Below, piece after piece: positions 19,067-29,457 of a stretch of 64,000 nt of DNA. Source of the DNA: an uncultured bacterium. GTDB taxonomy: Bacteria > Eisenbacteria > RBG-16-71-46 > CAIMUX01 > WJJG01. Location of the stretch: NCBI GenBank assembly GCA_964506245.1, contig CAZDKK010000018.1, positions 973 through 64,972 of the forward strand, read 5' to 3'. The first letter of the stretch is position 1; every line of letters starts with the position of its first letter. The notes beneath the pieces were generated by a model. It ran no database searches, had not been told where the DNA came from, and saw only the letters and a list, made by a program, of their open reading frames with translations. The position numbers and the translations under genes were made by a program.

Positions 19067-22000
19067 TTACCGCACGACCAGCACCCGCGCCGACCGCTCG
19101 ACGATCTCGTCCGCCGCGCGCACGCGAGCCCGCGCCAGGTAGATGCCGCTTGGGTTCGACCGGCCGCCGTCCCACGTGTAAGCGTGGACGCCCGGCCCCT
19201 CGCTCCCCTGCTGCAGCACCGCCACCCGCCGGCCGGAGAAGTCGAACAGGCTGAGCTCGACCTCGGCCGCCGCCGGCAGGTCCAGCCGCACCGCCGCGCG
19301 CCCATCGCCCAGGGGCCGCGCCGACAGCGCCACGCTCGTAGGCACCGGCGGCTCGGGCGTGATCGGGTCTACCGGGACGATCGGGTCGGCACCCGGGTCG
19401 GGATTCGGATCTTCCCCGATCCCCGGCTCCTCCACGCTGCTCATGTCGGTCACGATCTCGATCTCGACCCGGTCGGCGTAGTAGTGCGTGATGTAGGTCC
19501 CGCTCACGCCCGGCGCGCCCGTTTCCAGCGTGAACTCGCCGCTGCGCGAGCCGCAGTTCAGGATCGTGAACCGCTGCCCGGTCACCGGGGTGTAGCCGCC
19601 CGCCGGTCGCACGACCAGCCGCCCGGAGAGGCTCGCCTGCCCGCTCACCTGCAGGTGGTCGAACTGGCCCGCGGTCGTGCCGCCGATCTCGACCCAGTAG
19701 GTGCCGTCGGCCGTCTGGGCATAGTCGCCCTGGATCGCCAGAGACCCGGTGGAGTTGGCCGTGGCGCCGGGGGCCATCCCGCCGCCGCACGTGACGTTGC
19801 CCTGCACTGTGCCGATCCCGCTCAGCGTACCACCGTTCACCGTCGCCGGACCGGGTGTGACAATGAGCGTGCCGTTGACGCTCGTGCGGCCGTAGTCGGC
19901 CTCGTCGTTGCCTGTTTGCGTGAAGGCGCCGTTGACCGTCACGGTCGAGCCCGCGCCGATCGTCAACCGGCCGGAGTCGACGGCCAGGTCGCCGGACGTG
20001 GTCAGGCTCGGCCCCCCGGTGAGGGCCAGATCGCCGGCCGACTTGATCCTGTTAAGCGAGGCCAGCACCAGGGTCGTCCCGTCGTCGCTGTAGAGGTTCG
20101 CGCTCGGGCCCTCGAGCAGAACCCGCGCGTCGAGCTGCTGGATGTTCGCGCCGAGCAGGCGCATCGTGCTATTGGGCCGCACGAGCCACGCCCCTCCGGT
20201 CAGCGTCCCGGAGGCGTAGTTGTTGATCGTGCTCGAGGTCCGGAAGACGCTCCCGCCGGTCGCTTCCGCGGTGCCGTTGTTGGTGAGGGTGGTCTGGACT
20301 TCCAGTCTGGCTCCGTTCTGGGCTCGCATGGTCCCGTAGTTGAACTTCTCCTGGTTGTGCAGCAGGAGCGTGCGCCCCGCTACATCTGCCAGGACCGTGC
20401 CGTAGTTCCGGAGATAGACCCCCACGACGCCGTCGCCGCGAATCGTGTGGCTGGCTGTTTGCGTGACCGACGCGTAGTAGTCTTCGAGCCGCGCGTCCCA
20501 CACATCCCCGGTGGTCTGCAGGACGATCTGACCGCTGCCGTCGAGCGTCTGACCATAGCCCGTGGCATAGAAGTAGGTATCGTCGCCGGTGTGATCCGAG
20601 TTGATCGTGACCGTCCCATTGTTCGTGAAGGAACACGTCATGAATACCTGCTGGCCCGCGTGGATATCCAGGCGTCCTTGATTCGTCACGTGGTCGAGGT
20701 ACGTGCCGCTGTAGCATTCCACCGCGCCGCCAGCCGCCGTCGCGAGGCTTCCCCCGTACACCCAGGTGCGAAGCAGCACCCGGCCCCCGTCGGCCAGCAG
20801 GAGGCCCGGCGCCTCCTGGTTGACCGGGTTGACGACGTTGAGCACGCCTCCCCCGGTTGCCTTGCACGTGGCATAGTTGTACAGGTTCTCGCACTGTAGC
20901 TGGAGCGTGCGGCCGTTGACGTCGGCGCTCACCAGGCCGTGGTTCCAGAGGTAGACGGTCACAACCCCCTCGCCGTGGATGGTGTGCCCCGCGCTTTGGA
21001 TCAGCGTGCCGTAGTACCCCTGGAGCCGCGCGTCCCAGATGTCGCTGCCTGACGTCTGCAGCAGAATGTCGCCGCTGCCCTGCAGATTGTGGCTGTAGCT
21101 GCTGACATAGAGGATGGCGTCGTTCCCGCTGGCCTCCGAGTTGACGGTGATCCGTTCGTTGTTTGTCGTCGTCGCACCCTGCAGCCAGAGCTGGCCTCCA
21201 CCGGCGATGGCGACCGGGCCCTGGTTCGTGACGTTGCGCAGCGTGCAGCCTCCTTGCAGGACGCGCAGGCGTCCGGCCTGAGTGCCATCCGCGAACGTCG
21301 TCCCGTTGTAGCAGTCGATCGTGCTCGTGCCGGTCGTCTCGAGCCGGCCGCCGGTCACCTCGCTCGCCAGCCGCACCGTGCCGCCGTCGGCCAGGATGCG
21401 CCCGGCAGCCCCCTGGGCGACCGGGGCGGTCACGTCGAGCGTGCCGCCGCCCACCGCCTGAAAGATCGCCTGGTTGTCCTTGCTGTCCTGGTAGATCCCC
21501 AGCGTGCGGCCGCTGACGTCGGCGCTGACCAGCCCGTAGTTGTTTAGGGTGATACCGACGACGCCCTCGCCGTGGATGGTGTGGCCAGCAGTTTGAACCA
21601 ATCTGCCATAGTAGGACGGCAGCCGGGCGTCCCAGATGTCGCCCCCGGAGGTCTGCAGGCGGATGTCGCCGCTGCCGTTGAGCGCCAGTCCGTAGTTCGC
21701 CACGTACAGGCAGGCGTCGTCGCCGCTCTGCTCCGGGTTGACCCAGATCGTCCCGTCGTTGGTGATTGCACTGCCGCACAGGAACGCCTGCTGCCCCGCT
21801 GGGACATGGAGCCGGCCCAGGGTGGTGATGTCATACAGCTGGCAGCCGGCCTGGCCCTCGATCACACCGTTGTGGTCCGAGTCGAAGGTGCCACCGGTGA
21901 CCGTGCCGCCATAGATGCGCACGATCCCCCCGTCGGCCAGGATGAGACCACTGCTGCCCTGGTTGACGGTGATGCCGTCCAGCCGCAGGATCCCGTTGTT

Positions 22001-22795
22001 GGTGGCGGCGAAAACACCGTTGTTGGTCTGCGTCTCATACGCGAGCGCCAGAACATGCCCGCTGTCGTCGGCGTCGATCCGCCCGGCATTGTGGGTGTCC
22101 AGCGTGATCCGGCCCGACCCGCGGATCGTGTGATCGGCCCCCTGGTACAGGGAGCCATAGTAGGGGGCGAGGTACGCCTCTTCCGGGTTGCCGTCGGTCT
22201 GAAGCACCAGCTCGCCCGGACCATCCAGCGCGCAGCCGTACCCCGAGATGTAGAGCCTGGCCGACCCGGTGCTCGGAAGCGAACCGACCCGAATCACGCC
22301 GCTATTGTGGGTACTGCCATTGGTGTAATACCAAACGTTGGTGGGCACGAGCAGCTGCCCCGTGGAGGCAAGCGTGAGCGCCCCCGCCAGGTACGCGTTG
22401 TGTCCCGCTAGGATCGTACCGCTGCTGTGCAGCCCCGCCGGTTGGTAGAGGTCCATGCGCCGATTGCCCAGGTTGAGCGTCGCCGCCACGTTGTTCTGGT
22501 CCAGCTGGTCGAAGCCCGCGTCGCTGTCGAGCGTGATCGTGTAGGCGCCCGATCCCGCAGGGATGATCGCGCTTTCCCCACTCTCGTTTGGAACGTCCTG
22601 CGGGTCCCAGTTGGAGGCGCTCCACCAGTTGCCCCCGCCCGGGTTGACCCAGGTGATGGTCTCGGCGCGAGATCCCCCCGTGCTGGTCACGAGCATCAGA
22701 CAGAGAATCGAGAGCGCCTGCGACCGCAGCGCGTCCCTCGTCCCCCGCCTCGCGTCCGTCCCGCTCCGCTCACTCGCCTTCGTGCAAGGGTGCAT
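19067..22795 (-). CDS. Large secreted beta-helix/autotransporter-passenger-like repeat protein with FlgD-Ig/T9SS-like C-terminal domain
   Basis: SD AAGGAGG; long signal peptide; [18 protein letters not shown]; four long internal repeats (D.WDARL..YY..(L/V).Q.A.HTI.G.GVV); acidic Pro-rich linker; tail [12 protein letters not shown]...WDGG...SGIYLAR...RVLVVR. Confidence 0.85.
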   Translation of the reverse strand: MHPCTKASERSGTDARRGTRDALRSQALSILCLMLVTSTGGSRAETITWVNPGGGNWWSASNWDPQDVPNESGESAIIPAGSGAYTITLDSDAGFDQLDQNNVAATLNLGNRRMDLYQPAGLHSSGTILAGHNAYLAGALTLASTGQLLVPTNVWYYTNGSTHNSGVIRVGSLPSTGSARLYISGYGCALDGPGELVLQTDGNPEEAYLAPYYGSLYQGADHTIRGSGRITLDTHNAGRIDADDSGHVLALAYETQTNNGVFAATNNGILRLDGITVNQGSSGLILADGGIVRIYGGTVTGGTFDSDHNGVIEGQAGCQLYDITTLGRLHVPAGQQAFLCGSAITNDGTIWVNPEQSGDDACLYVANYGLALNGSGDIRLQTSGGDIWDARLPSYYGRLVQTAGHTIHGEGVVGITLNNYGLVSADVSGRTLGIYQDSKDNQAIFQAVGGGTLDVTAPVAQGAAGRILADGGTVRLASEVTGGRLETTGTSTIDCYNGTTFADGTQAGRLRVLQGGCTLRNVTNQGPVAIAGGGQLWLQGATTTNNERITVNSEASGNDAILYVSSYSHNLQGSGDILLQTSGSDIWDARLQGYYGTLIQSAGHTIHGEGVVTVYLWNHGLVSADVNGRTLQLQCENLYNYATCKATGGGVLNVVNPVNQEAPGLLLADGGRVLLRTWVYGGSLATAAGGAVECYSGTYLDHVTNQGRLDIHAGQQVFMTCSFTNNGTVTINSDHTGDDTYFYATGYGQTLDGSGQIVLQTTGDVWDARLEDYYASVTQTASHTIRGDGVVGVYLRNYGTVLADVAGRTLLLHNQEKFNYGTMRAQNGARLEVQTTLTNNGTAEATGGSVFRTSSTINNYASGTLTGGAWLVRPNSTMRLLGANIQQLDARVLLEGPSANLYSDDGTTLVLASLNRIKSAGDLALTGGPSLTTSGDLAVDSGRLTIGAGSTVTVNGAFTQTGNDEADYGRTSVNGTLIVTPGPATVNGGTLSGIGTVQGNVTCGGGMAPGATANSTGSLAIQGDYAQTADGTYWVEIGGTTAGQFDHLQVSGQASLSGRLVVRPAGGYTPVTGQRFTILNCGSRSGEFTLETGAPGVSGTYITHYYADRVEIEIVTDMSSVEEPGIGEDPNPDPGADPIVPVDPITPEPPVPTSVALSARPLGDGRAAVRLDLPAAAEVELSLFDFSGRRVAVLQQGSEGPGVHAYTWDGGRSNPSGIYLARARVRAADEIVERSARVLVVR

Positions 22796-22906
22796 GTTGT
22801 CCTCCTTCGCTCACAGCGGGATGGCTCCCGCCCTGAATTCCTCTGCACCGGCCCTCGGGTGGCGGCCTACAGCACCTGCGCTGTCCGGCGCCACGCTTCG
22901 TCGGAC

Positions 22907-22940
22907 AGGATACGGAGGGAGCGTTACGCGAGCGTTACGC
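22907..22940 (-). promoter_or_regulatory. Perfect 11-bp tandem direct repeat over a putative -35 region
   Basis: GAGCGTTACGC x2 (22919-22940); minus-strand TATCCT (-10-like) at 22912-22907. Confidence 0.35.
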
Positions 22941-23170
22941 GGCGCCAGCCGCACCAGCCCCGGCGGGCGGAGATGCGGGCCGGCCACCGCGTCGGGGTTC
23001 TCACGCGCGACCCGTCGCAGGCTCGGGACGGGGGTTCCGCGCATCCGAACTGCGCCGTAAGCGATCCAGTTGGGGGAAAGCACGAGGGGTGCCTGCTGCG
23101 CCGGCGGCCCGCTCGCGAAGCGCGGCCTTGGGTCCCAGCGCAGGGTGCGCGGGCAAGGACTGGGGCAGCC

Positions 23171-24406
23171 TCAGCGGGGCTGGACGAGCACCGGGGGCGC
23201 GACGGCCGAGTCGCCTGCAGTGGATCGCGCCGAGTCGCCTGCGGCGGCCCCCGCCGAGTCGGGCGCCAGCGGAGCTCCCGGCTGCCCGCCGCCCGTCTCG
23301 CGCTGCCGCTGCGCCTGCATCAGGCGAAATCTCTCCATCCGTTCCTGGCGCTTCCTCTCGAGCATGGCATCGACCGCGCGCCGGCTGGCCTCGGTCGTGG
23401 CGGCCACCACGGCGGCCACGTGCGGGTCCTCGGGCCAGCTCGGATCCAGCGCCGGGGCCTGCCCGCTGAAGTCGACGATCTCGTTGCCGGGCGACACCAC
23501 CAGGTTCGTGACCGCGACCGCCACGCCGCGATCCCCCGAGCGATTCACGACGGCCCGGCCGAACTTGACCGGTTGCTCGTCGCGGTCCTGATGCGTGCCC
23601 GCCAGGATGACATCGATCTCGGGAATCGAGTCGGCGAAGGTCTGGATACTCACGTCGTCGAGGTGGCCGATCAGGACGAGGATGTCGGCCCTTTCCCGGG
23701 CCAGCCGCTTCGCCTCCGCCTCGTGGAGCACTCGCGCGGCCGGCGCCAGTTGCGCACCGGTGCCCTTCAGGAGCCGAGCCACCTCCCGCGTGGTCGCGAT
23801 CGGCGGCAGCACGCGCACCGCGCCCTGTGCTTCCCGCAACGCGGCGGTCGTGTTGCGCCCTTCGTCCAGGACGCTGAGGAAGCCGACGCGCACGCCGTCC
23901 ACCTCCACCACCCGGCAACGCGCGCCGACGGGCTTCCAATCCTCACCCGCGCGCCGCTCGACGTTGGTGGTGACGAGCGGCAGGGTCGATCCGAGCCCCA
24001 GCAGGCTGTCGGTCAGGGTCCACTCGGCAACCTCGTACTCGCCAAGGGCCACCGCGTCGTAGTTCAGGCGCTCCATTTCACGCCAGACCGCAACGCTCTC
24101 CCGCCACCGGACCGAACGCGTGGGGTGGAAGAATCCGCCGCCGTCGACCAGGAGGATGCGGCCCAGCGCGACGCGCTGGCTGTCGATGAAGGCGGCCCGC
24201 CGGGCCAGCCCACCCTTCTTGCCGTGTCAGCCGCAGGGGACGATCTCGCCCTGGAAGCAGCTCTGCGAGAGGATGTGGAGCGTGACGTTGTCCGCGCGCG
24301 GGACGCGCCCGTCCCCGCCCGACCGCAGCGCGCACCCGGCCAGCAGGGCGAGCATCGCCGCGGCCGCCGTGCGCATCCGCGCAGTGCAAGGCGCGGGGGC
24401 GCTCAT
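23171..24406 (-). CDS. UshA/5'-nucleotidase-fold (seleno)lipoprotein B; in-frame TGA at 24229-24227 read as Sec (C-G-U)
   Basis: ATG overlaps the upstream TGA; lipobox LAG-C; SQSCFQGEIVPCG*HGKKGGLARRAAFID..RILLVDGG continues in frame into ORF 23171..24076; 411 aa if read through. Confidence 0.85.
24179..24229 (-). other. Putative bacterial SECIS element (paralogue B)
   Basis: UGA followed by hairpin GAAGG..GGCCC-GGC-GGGCC..CCUUC; 51 nt identical to 25186-25236. Confidence 0.75.
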
Positions 24407-25464
24407 CACTGCTCCGACCCGGGCCGCTCGCGGCGTTGATTGCGCTCCCGGACCCGTCGCTCCCCCTCCGCCTTGGCCGACTCGGCCGCTTGCGCAACGG
24501 CCGCATCCTCGGCGTACTCGGGAACGAGCGTGAAGTTGAGGCCACCGAAATCGACGATCTGCCCCTCGGGGGAGATGATCAGGCGCGTCACCGAGACCAC
24601 CTGGCCGCGCGAACCGGACCGGTTGAGGATCGCGTCGCCGGCAGGCACCGGGCCGGTGTCCGCGGCCGTCATGTGCCCGCCCAGGATCACGTCCACGTCG
24701 GGCAGGAGCGACGCGTACTGCTCCATGGCCTGCGGATCGAGGTGTGCCAACAGCACGAGGACGTCGGTGCGTCCCCGGACCTCGGCCACCGCTTCCCGCA
24801 GGCTCTCTTCTGGCGGCAGCAGGCGGACGCGGTCGCCCGTGCTCCGGATCACGGTGGGGCTGAGTTGAGTGGGGCCAATCACGCCGAGGATGCCAACCCG
24901 GATCCCGTTGATCTCGATCAGCCGGTACCGTTCGCCCAGCTGCTGCCATTGGCCGTCGCGCAGCACCTCGACGTTGGTGCAGACCACCGGCAGGGGCGTG
25001 TGACGCATGAGGCTGTCGACGGTCTCCCACTGGCCGAATTCCAGCTCGCCCAGGGTCACCGCCTGATAGCCCGTGCGCACCATCTCGTTCCAGGTCAGAA
25101 CGCTCTCGAGGTAGTTGTCCCGGGCGTTGCGGTGGAGGAAGTCTCCCCCATCCACCAGGAGCAGCGGCCTCCCCTTGACCCGCGCGCTGTCGATGAAGGC
25201 GGCCCGCCGGGCCAGCCCACCCTTCTTGCCGTGTCACCCGCAGGGGACGACTTCACCCTGGAAGCAGCTCTGAGACGCGATGTACAGCTCGACGTTGGTG
25301 GGTCGCAGGCCCGAATCGACGCTCGGGCGCGCCCCCGAACCCGCGCAGCCGCCGAGCAGGAGCACGGCTGCCGAGACCGCGAGCAGGACCGCCCCGGCGC
25401 AGCCGCCCACGAGCAGCGCCCCGGCCCCCCGGCGAACCGGGCCCAGGAACCTGTGCATCTTCAT
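24406..25464 (-). CDS. UshA/5'-nucleotidase-fold (seleno)lipoprotein A; in-frame TGA at 25236-25234 read as Sec (C-G-U)
   Basis: SD GGAGGGGG; lipobox LGG-C; SQSCFQGEVVPCG*HGKKGGLARRAAFID..PLLLVDGGDF continues in frame into ORF 24406..25155; 352 aa if read through. Confidence 0.88.
25186..25236 (-). other. Putative bacterial SECIS element (paralogue A)
   Basis: TGACACGGCAAGAAGGGTGGGCTGGCCCGGCGGGCCGCCTTCATCGACAGC; G-rich apical loop starts about 25 nt after UGA. Confidence 0.75.
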
Positions 25465-25519
25465 GCTCTCCCCCTCCGGCAAGGAGCCTCCGATCGAGCC
25501 ACGGTCGCCTCGAGGCGCA

Positions 25520-27673
25520 TCACAGGTGGGTTGGACCTGGCGGCGCCCCGATGCTCTGCAGCATGCTGTCGATCACGGCCACCCGATCGGGACGCGACGC
25601 CTCCACGCGCCTGGCCTGCAGAAGAGTCTCGCGTGCGCGATCGTTCTCGCCCCGCTCGAAGAGCAGCCTGCCCAGCACGAACTGGACATCGGGGCTGTTT
25701 GGATCAATCGCCGCCGCCCGCGACAGCGTCGCGATGGCGCCATCGATGTCCTCCCCCTGCAGGTGCCAGATCCCGAGGTTGTAGAGCACCTTCGGGCTCT
25801 CGGGATCCAGTTCGACCGCTCGCTTGAAGTACGGTCCGGCTTCTTCGTGCTGCTTGTGGCGGCCGTAGATGATGCCCAGGGCGAGGAGCCCGGCAACGTT
25901 CGTCTCGTCGATTTCGAGCAGGCGCTTCAGGCAATCCTGCGCTCCGGCCGTGTCGTTCAACGCCTCCATGATCCAGGCCAACTCGTACAGCGCGGTCACC
26001 GCATGCGCCTGGAACTCGAGGATCGCCTCCGCATGGCGCCGGGCTCCCTCCAGGTCGCCCGCCGCCCGCTTGATGCGGCATAGGTAGAACTGGGCCTCTT
26101 CCTGCTCCGGATCGACCGCCACGCAGCGCTCGAAGTACTGCTGGGCGATGCGCGGATCCATCTTGAGCTGGAGCTGGGCCTTCCCCAAGTTGATCAGGGC
26201 CGCCGCATTGTCGGGATCGGCTAGGAGCACCTGTTCCAGCAGGCGTACGCCGTCGGTGGAATAGCCCATCCGCAGGTTCTCGGTCGCCACGCCGATCTGG
26301 TCGAACAGGTAGCGCATCTCGTGTGGATCGTTGAGACTTTGCACATCCTCGAGCGCCGAGGACACGCGGCTGACGCCGCGCCGCGCGCTTGCGAGGTACC
26401 CCAGCGAGGCCAGTTTCTGCAGGGTCTCGTTGTCCGCGGCGGCGACCGAGGCGCTCGCGTCCTCCGATGTCCAGCGCCGCATGGTCTCCGCGAGCTCCTC
26501 GGTGAGCCGTTCCACGGCCGCGGGCTCGCGTGCAGCCAGATCGTAGAGCTCTCCGGGATCCTCACCGACGCGGTAGTAGCGCGGCTTCGGCCCGTGGATG
26601 ATCTTCTCGTCCCCCAGGCGCAGGGCGCGCAGCGCTCCCCAACCGCACTGCAACTCGCCCACGAGCGATTCCATGTAGAGAGCCCGCGGGGCGCTCGCGA
26701 CCTGTTCGCCTCGGACCAGCGGGGCCAGCGACCGGCCCTGCACATCAGATGGGATCTCGATCCCGAGCAGGTCGAGAACCGTCGGCATGATGTCGACGGT
26801 GCCGGACAACTCCTCCAGGCGGAGACCGGCGGGCCCACCCGGCAGGCGGAAGATCAGCGGCACGCGCATGACGCTGTCGAAAACCAGCAGCGAGTGGGTG
26901 GGCTCGCCGTGCTCCATGAGCCCCTCGCCGTGGTCGGCCACGATGACGATGAGCGTGCGATCGTAGAGCTTCTGCTTCTTCAACTCGGCGAAGACGTGAC
27001 CGAGCTGTTCGTCGACGAAGGCGATCTCACCCGCGTAGGGCTCCGTGAACCGGCTGTGGTAAGGCTCGGGCGGGTTCACGGGCTGATGCGGATCGAAGTA
27101 GTGGAGCCACAGGAAGAAGGGCGCGGATCTCGACTTCCTGAGCCAATTCAGCGCGGAGCGGGTGACCAGGTTGGCCTTGCGTTCCTCGAATCCGAACTCG
27201 TTGGCTGCCCGCGTCTCTAGTTCGTCCCGCGACCAGCCCTCCGCGAGGTTGTCGTCATAGGTCGTGAATCCCTGATCGAGGTTGAAGCGTGAATCGAGCA
27301 CGAAGGCTCCGACCACCGCTCCGGTGTCATAGCCGGCGTCCTTCATGACCTCGGCCAGGGTCGTGACGTCCTCGCGCACGACGTAGGTGGAGTTGTCGCG
27401 CACGCCGTGGAAGATCGGGTAGGTCCCGGTCAGGATCGAGGTGTGAGACGGCAGGGTGATGGGATTGGTGCAGAAGGCCTTCTGGAAGAGCGCGCCCTCG
27501 GCCGCCAGCGCATCGATGTTGGGGGACGTGGGCTCGGCGTAGCCATAGCAGCCGAGTCGATCGGCGCGGGCGGTATCGATGGTCACCAACAGAACGTTCC
27601 ACCGGTCCTCGCGCGCGCAGCCGCATGCGAGGAGGAGCGCCAGGGCGGCGAGCGGTAGGCGGGAGCACTTCAT
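25520..27673 (-). CDS. Sulfatase-like hydrolase/transferase lipoprotein with C-terminal TPR repeats
   Basis: Lipobox LAC/ACG-C; NVLLVTIDTARADRLGCYG, PITLPSHTSILTG, FLWLHYFDPH, ADHGEGL.EHGE.TH; TPR-like helical repeats; ATGA overlap with the upstream gene. Confidence 0.9.
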   Translation of the reverse strand: MKCSRLPLAALALLLACGCAREDRWNVLLVTIDTARADRLGCYGYAEPTSPNIDALAAEGALFQKAFCTNPITLPSHTSILTGTYPIFHGVRDNSTYVVREDVTTLAEVMKDAGYDTGAVVGAFVLDSRFNLDQGFTTYDDNLAEGWSRDELETRAANEFGFEERKANLVTRSALNWLRKSRSAPFFLWLHYFDPHQPVNPPEPYHSRFTEPYAGEIAFVDEQLGHVFAELKKQKLYDRTLIVIVADHGEGLMEHGEPTHSLLVFDSVMRVPLIFRLPGGPAGLRLEELSGTVDIMPTVLDLLGIEIPSDVQGRSLAPLVRGEQVASAPRALYMESLVGELQCGWGALRALRLGDEKIIHGPKPRYYRVGEDPGELYDLAAREPAAVERLTEELAETMRRWTSEDASASVAAADNETLQKLASLGYLASARRGVSRVSSALEDVQSLNDPHEMRYLFDQIGVATENLRMGYSTDGVRLLEQVLLADPDNAAALINLGKAQLQLKMDPRIAQQYFERCVAVDPEQEEAQFYLCRIKRAAGDLEGARRHAEAILEFQAHAVTALYELAWIMEALNDTAGAQDCLKRLLEIDETNVAGLLALGIIYGRHKQHEEAGPYFKRAVELDPESPKVLYNLGIWHLQGEDIDGAIATLSRAAAIDPNSPDVQFVLGRLLFERGENDRARETLLQARRVEASRPDRVAVIDSMLQSIGAPPGPTHL

Positions 27674-29457
27674 CGGCTGCCAGCCTCCTGTCCGATCGGC
27701 GGCAGGTGGTCCTCGTAGATCTTGAGAGCGATGGACTCCAGAACCTTCTGCCGGATCTCGTTGGTCATCGTCTGGTAGTTGCGGCGCGCGTAGTTTTGGC
27801 GGACAAGTTCCTCGACCTCCTCGAAGGTCTTCTGTACGGGCGGCGTGTCCTTGATGAGCCGGACGATGATGATGCCCACATCCATGTAGCACAGACGCTC
27901 GGGATCGTAGACCTCGGCCATCTGGGCGTCCGCAACCTCCCCCTCCTTCAGCTTGTTGAGGATGGCGTGAAACCAGGGTCGCGGTGCCACGAGCCGGGTG
28001 ACGTCTTGGTTGTTGAGTCCCTCCATGCGGCCACCGTTGCTCGCGGAGTAGTGCTTGGAGTAGGTGCGCGCCAGCTCGGCAAAGTCCTCGCCGGCGCGAA
28101 TGCGGTCCACCAGGGCCTCGCCGCGCCGCAGGGTGCGCCAGAGAGGCTCACCCCCCTCCGGCTTCAGCAGGATCACGTCGAGATCCCGCGTGCGCAGGGT
28201 CTGGTAGCGCTGCTCGTTCTGCGCGAAGTACTCCCTGATCTCCTCTTCCGGAACCTCCGCGACGGCGCGCTGCAGACGCTCATCGAGAGCCCGCTGGTAG
28301 TTCACCTCGCGGACCGCTGCCTCGATCTGGACGGCCACGTCGGGGCGGTCCTGAAGGCCGAGTCGCTTGGCCTCCAGGGTCAGAAGCTGGCCCAGGGTGA
28401 CCTGGTCCAGGAACTTGTAGATGTTGGTGAAGACGTGCGCGTACAGATGCGACAGCTCGTGCTCACCCAGCGCGCTGCTCAGATCCTGGAGGGTGTAGCG
28501 CTGCCCCTCGATCGAGATGAGGGTCTCGTCACGCGGGATGAAAGGATCCTCCAGACGCTCGTAGTGCCGCTCGAGGCCGTGGCGGGGACCCACCTCCTCG
28601 ACGAATGCGCGCTGAGCCGCCGCGAGCTTGTCCGCATTCGCCCGGCGGCGGGCGAACTCGACCACGTCCTCGAACTTGCGGTCGAGGGCCGGCAAGCGCT
28701 CCATCATCTTGGCGATCTGGAAGCCGGTGGGGGTCTCGATGATGCCGCTGACCTCGTGGCGCTTGAGGTTCCAGACCCCCTTGATGAAGGAAGGGTGCAC
28801 GTCGTCCGTTGCGGCGAGTGTCAGCCACCCCCCGGAATTCGCGGTGGAGGACTGGGAGTGCTGGCGGGCCATCTCCTCGAAATCCGCCCCCTGCATGATC
28901 TGGCGGCGAAGCTCCTCGAGCCTCTGGCGCACCTTCTGCCGTTCGGGTTCGGGGACCGCCCCAACTTCAGCCCGCAGGAAGATGTACTGCACCCGCACCT
29001 TCTCAGGGTCCTTGTACTGCTCCGGATGCGAGTCGTACTGCTGGCGGATCTCCTCGGCGGTCGAGGCGATCTGGTCCCAGCCCAGCTCGTGCGTCATGGC
29101 CGTCTTCAGCACACCTGCCTCCGCCTGATTCAGGGCGGGCAGCATCGTGGGGTCTTCTTTCGGCGAGGGAGCCTCAGCGGCCAGGGCCTTGCGAATGGCG
29201 ATCTCCCGTATGTTCTCTATGCGCCAGTCGGCAGTGCCGCTCTCAGCCGGCGTGGGCCCTTGCCCGGCCGGGCCCGGCTGCGCTTGCTCCTTGGGGCGCT
29301 TGAAGGCGTCGAACTCGGCGCGGCGGACCTCGCCTTTCCGGAATGTGGCCAGAACCTGCGGATCCTTGGATGCGGCCGGCCTTCCGTCGCCGCCACATCC
29401 CATGCCCAAGGCCGGGCCGATGAGGAGAAGCCAGAGCCATGCGCCGGAACGCCGCAT
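27670..29457 (-). CDS. SurA/PrsA-like parvulin peptidyl-prolyl isomerase lipoprotein (two rotamase domains)
   Basis: Lipobox-like LGMG-C; VRVQYIFL...GADFEEMARQHS..STANSGGWL and GEDFAELARTYS..SASNGG; IIETPTGFQIAK. Confidence 0.85.
   Translation of the reverse strand: MRRSGAWLWLLLIGPALGMGCGGDGRPAASKDPQVLATFRKGEVRRAEFDAFKRPKEQAQPGPAGQGPTPAESGTADWRIENIREIAIRKALAAEAPSPKEDPTMLPALNQAEAGVLKTAMTHELGWDQIASTAEEIRQQYDSHPEQYKDPEKVRVQYIFLRAEVGAVPEPERQKVRQRLEELRRQIMQGADFEEMARQHSQSSTANSGGWLTLAATDDVHPSFIKGVWNLKRHEVSGIIETPTGFQIAKMMERLPALDRKFEDVVEFARRRANADKLAAAQRAFVEEVGPRHGLERHYERLEDPFIPRDETLISIEGQRYTLQDLSSALGEHELSHLYAHVFTNIYKFLDQVTLGQLLTLEAKRLGLQDRPDVAVQIEAAVREVNYQRALDERLQRAVAEVPEEEIREYFAQNEQRYQTLRTRDLDVILLKPEGGEPLWRTLRRGEALVDRIRAGEDFAELARTYSKHYSASNGGRMEGLNNQDVTRLVAPRPWFHAILNKLKEGEVADAQMAEVYDPERLCYMDVGIIIVRLIKDTPPVQKTFEEVEELVRQNYARRNYQTMTNEIRQKVLESIALKIYEDHLPPIGQEAGSR

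Noticed and set aside
23171-25464. TGA codons as nonsense mutations (two pseudogenes) or as genome-wide TGA reassignment (code 4/25)
   Set aside because: The same codon is hit in both diverged paralogues, with an intact frame and a conserved hairpin. TGA is clearly a stop elsewhere (e.g. 1111-1113 and the ATGA/TGATG overlaps) and Trp is encoded by TGG.
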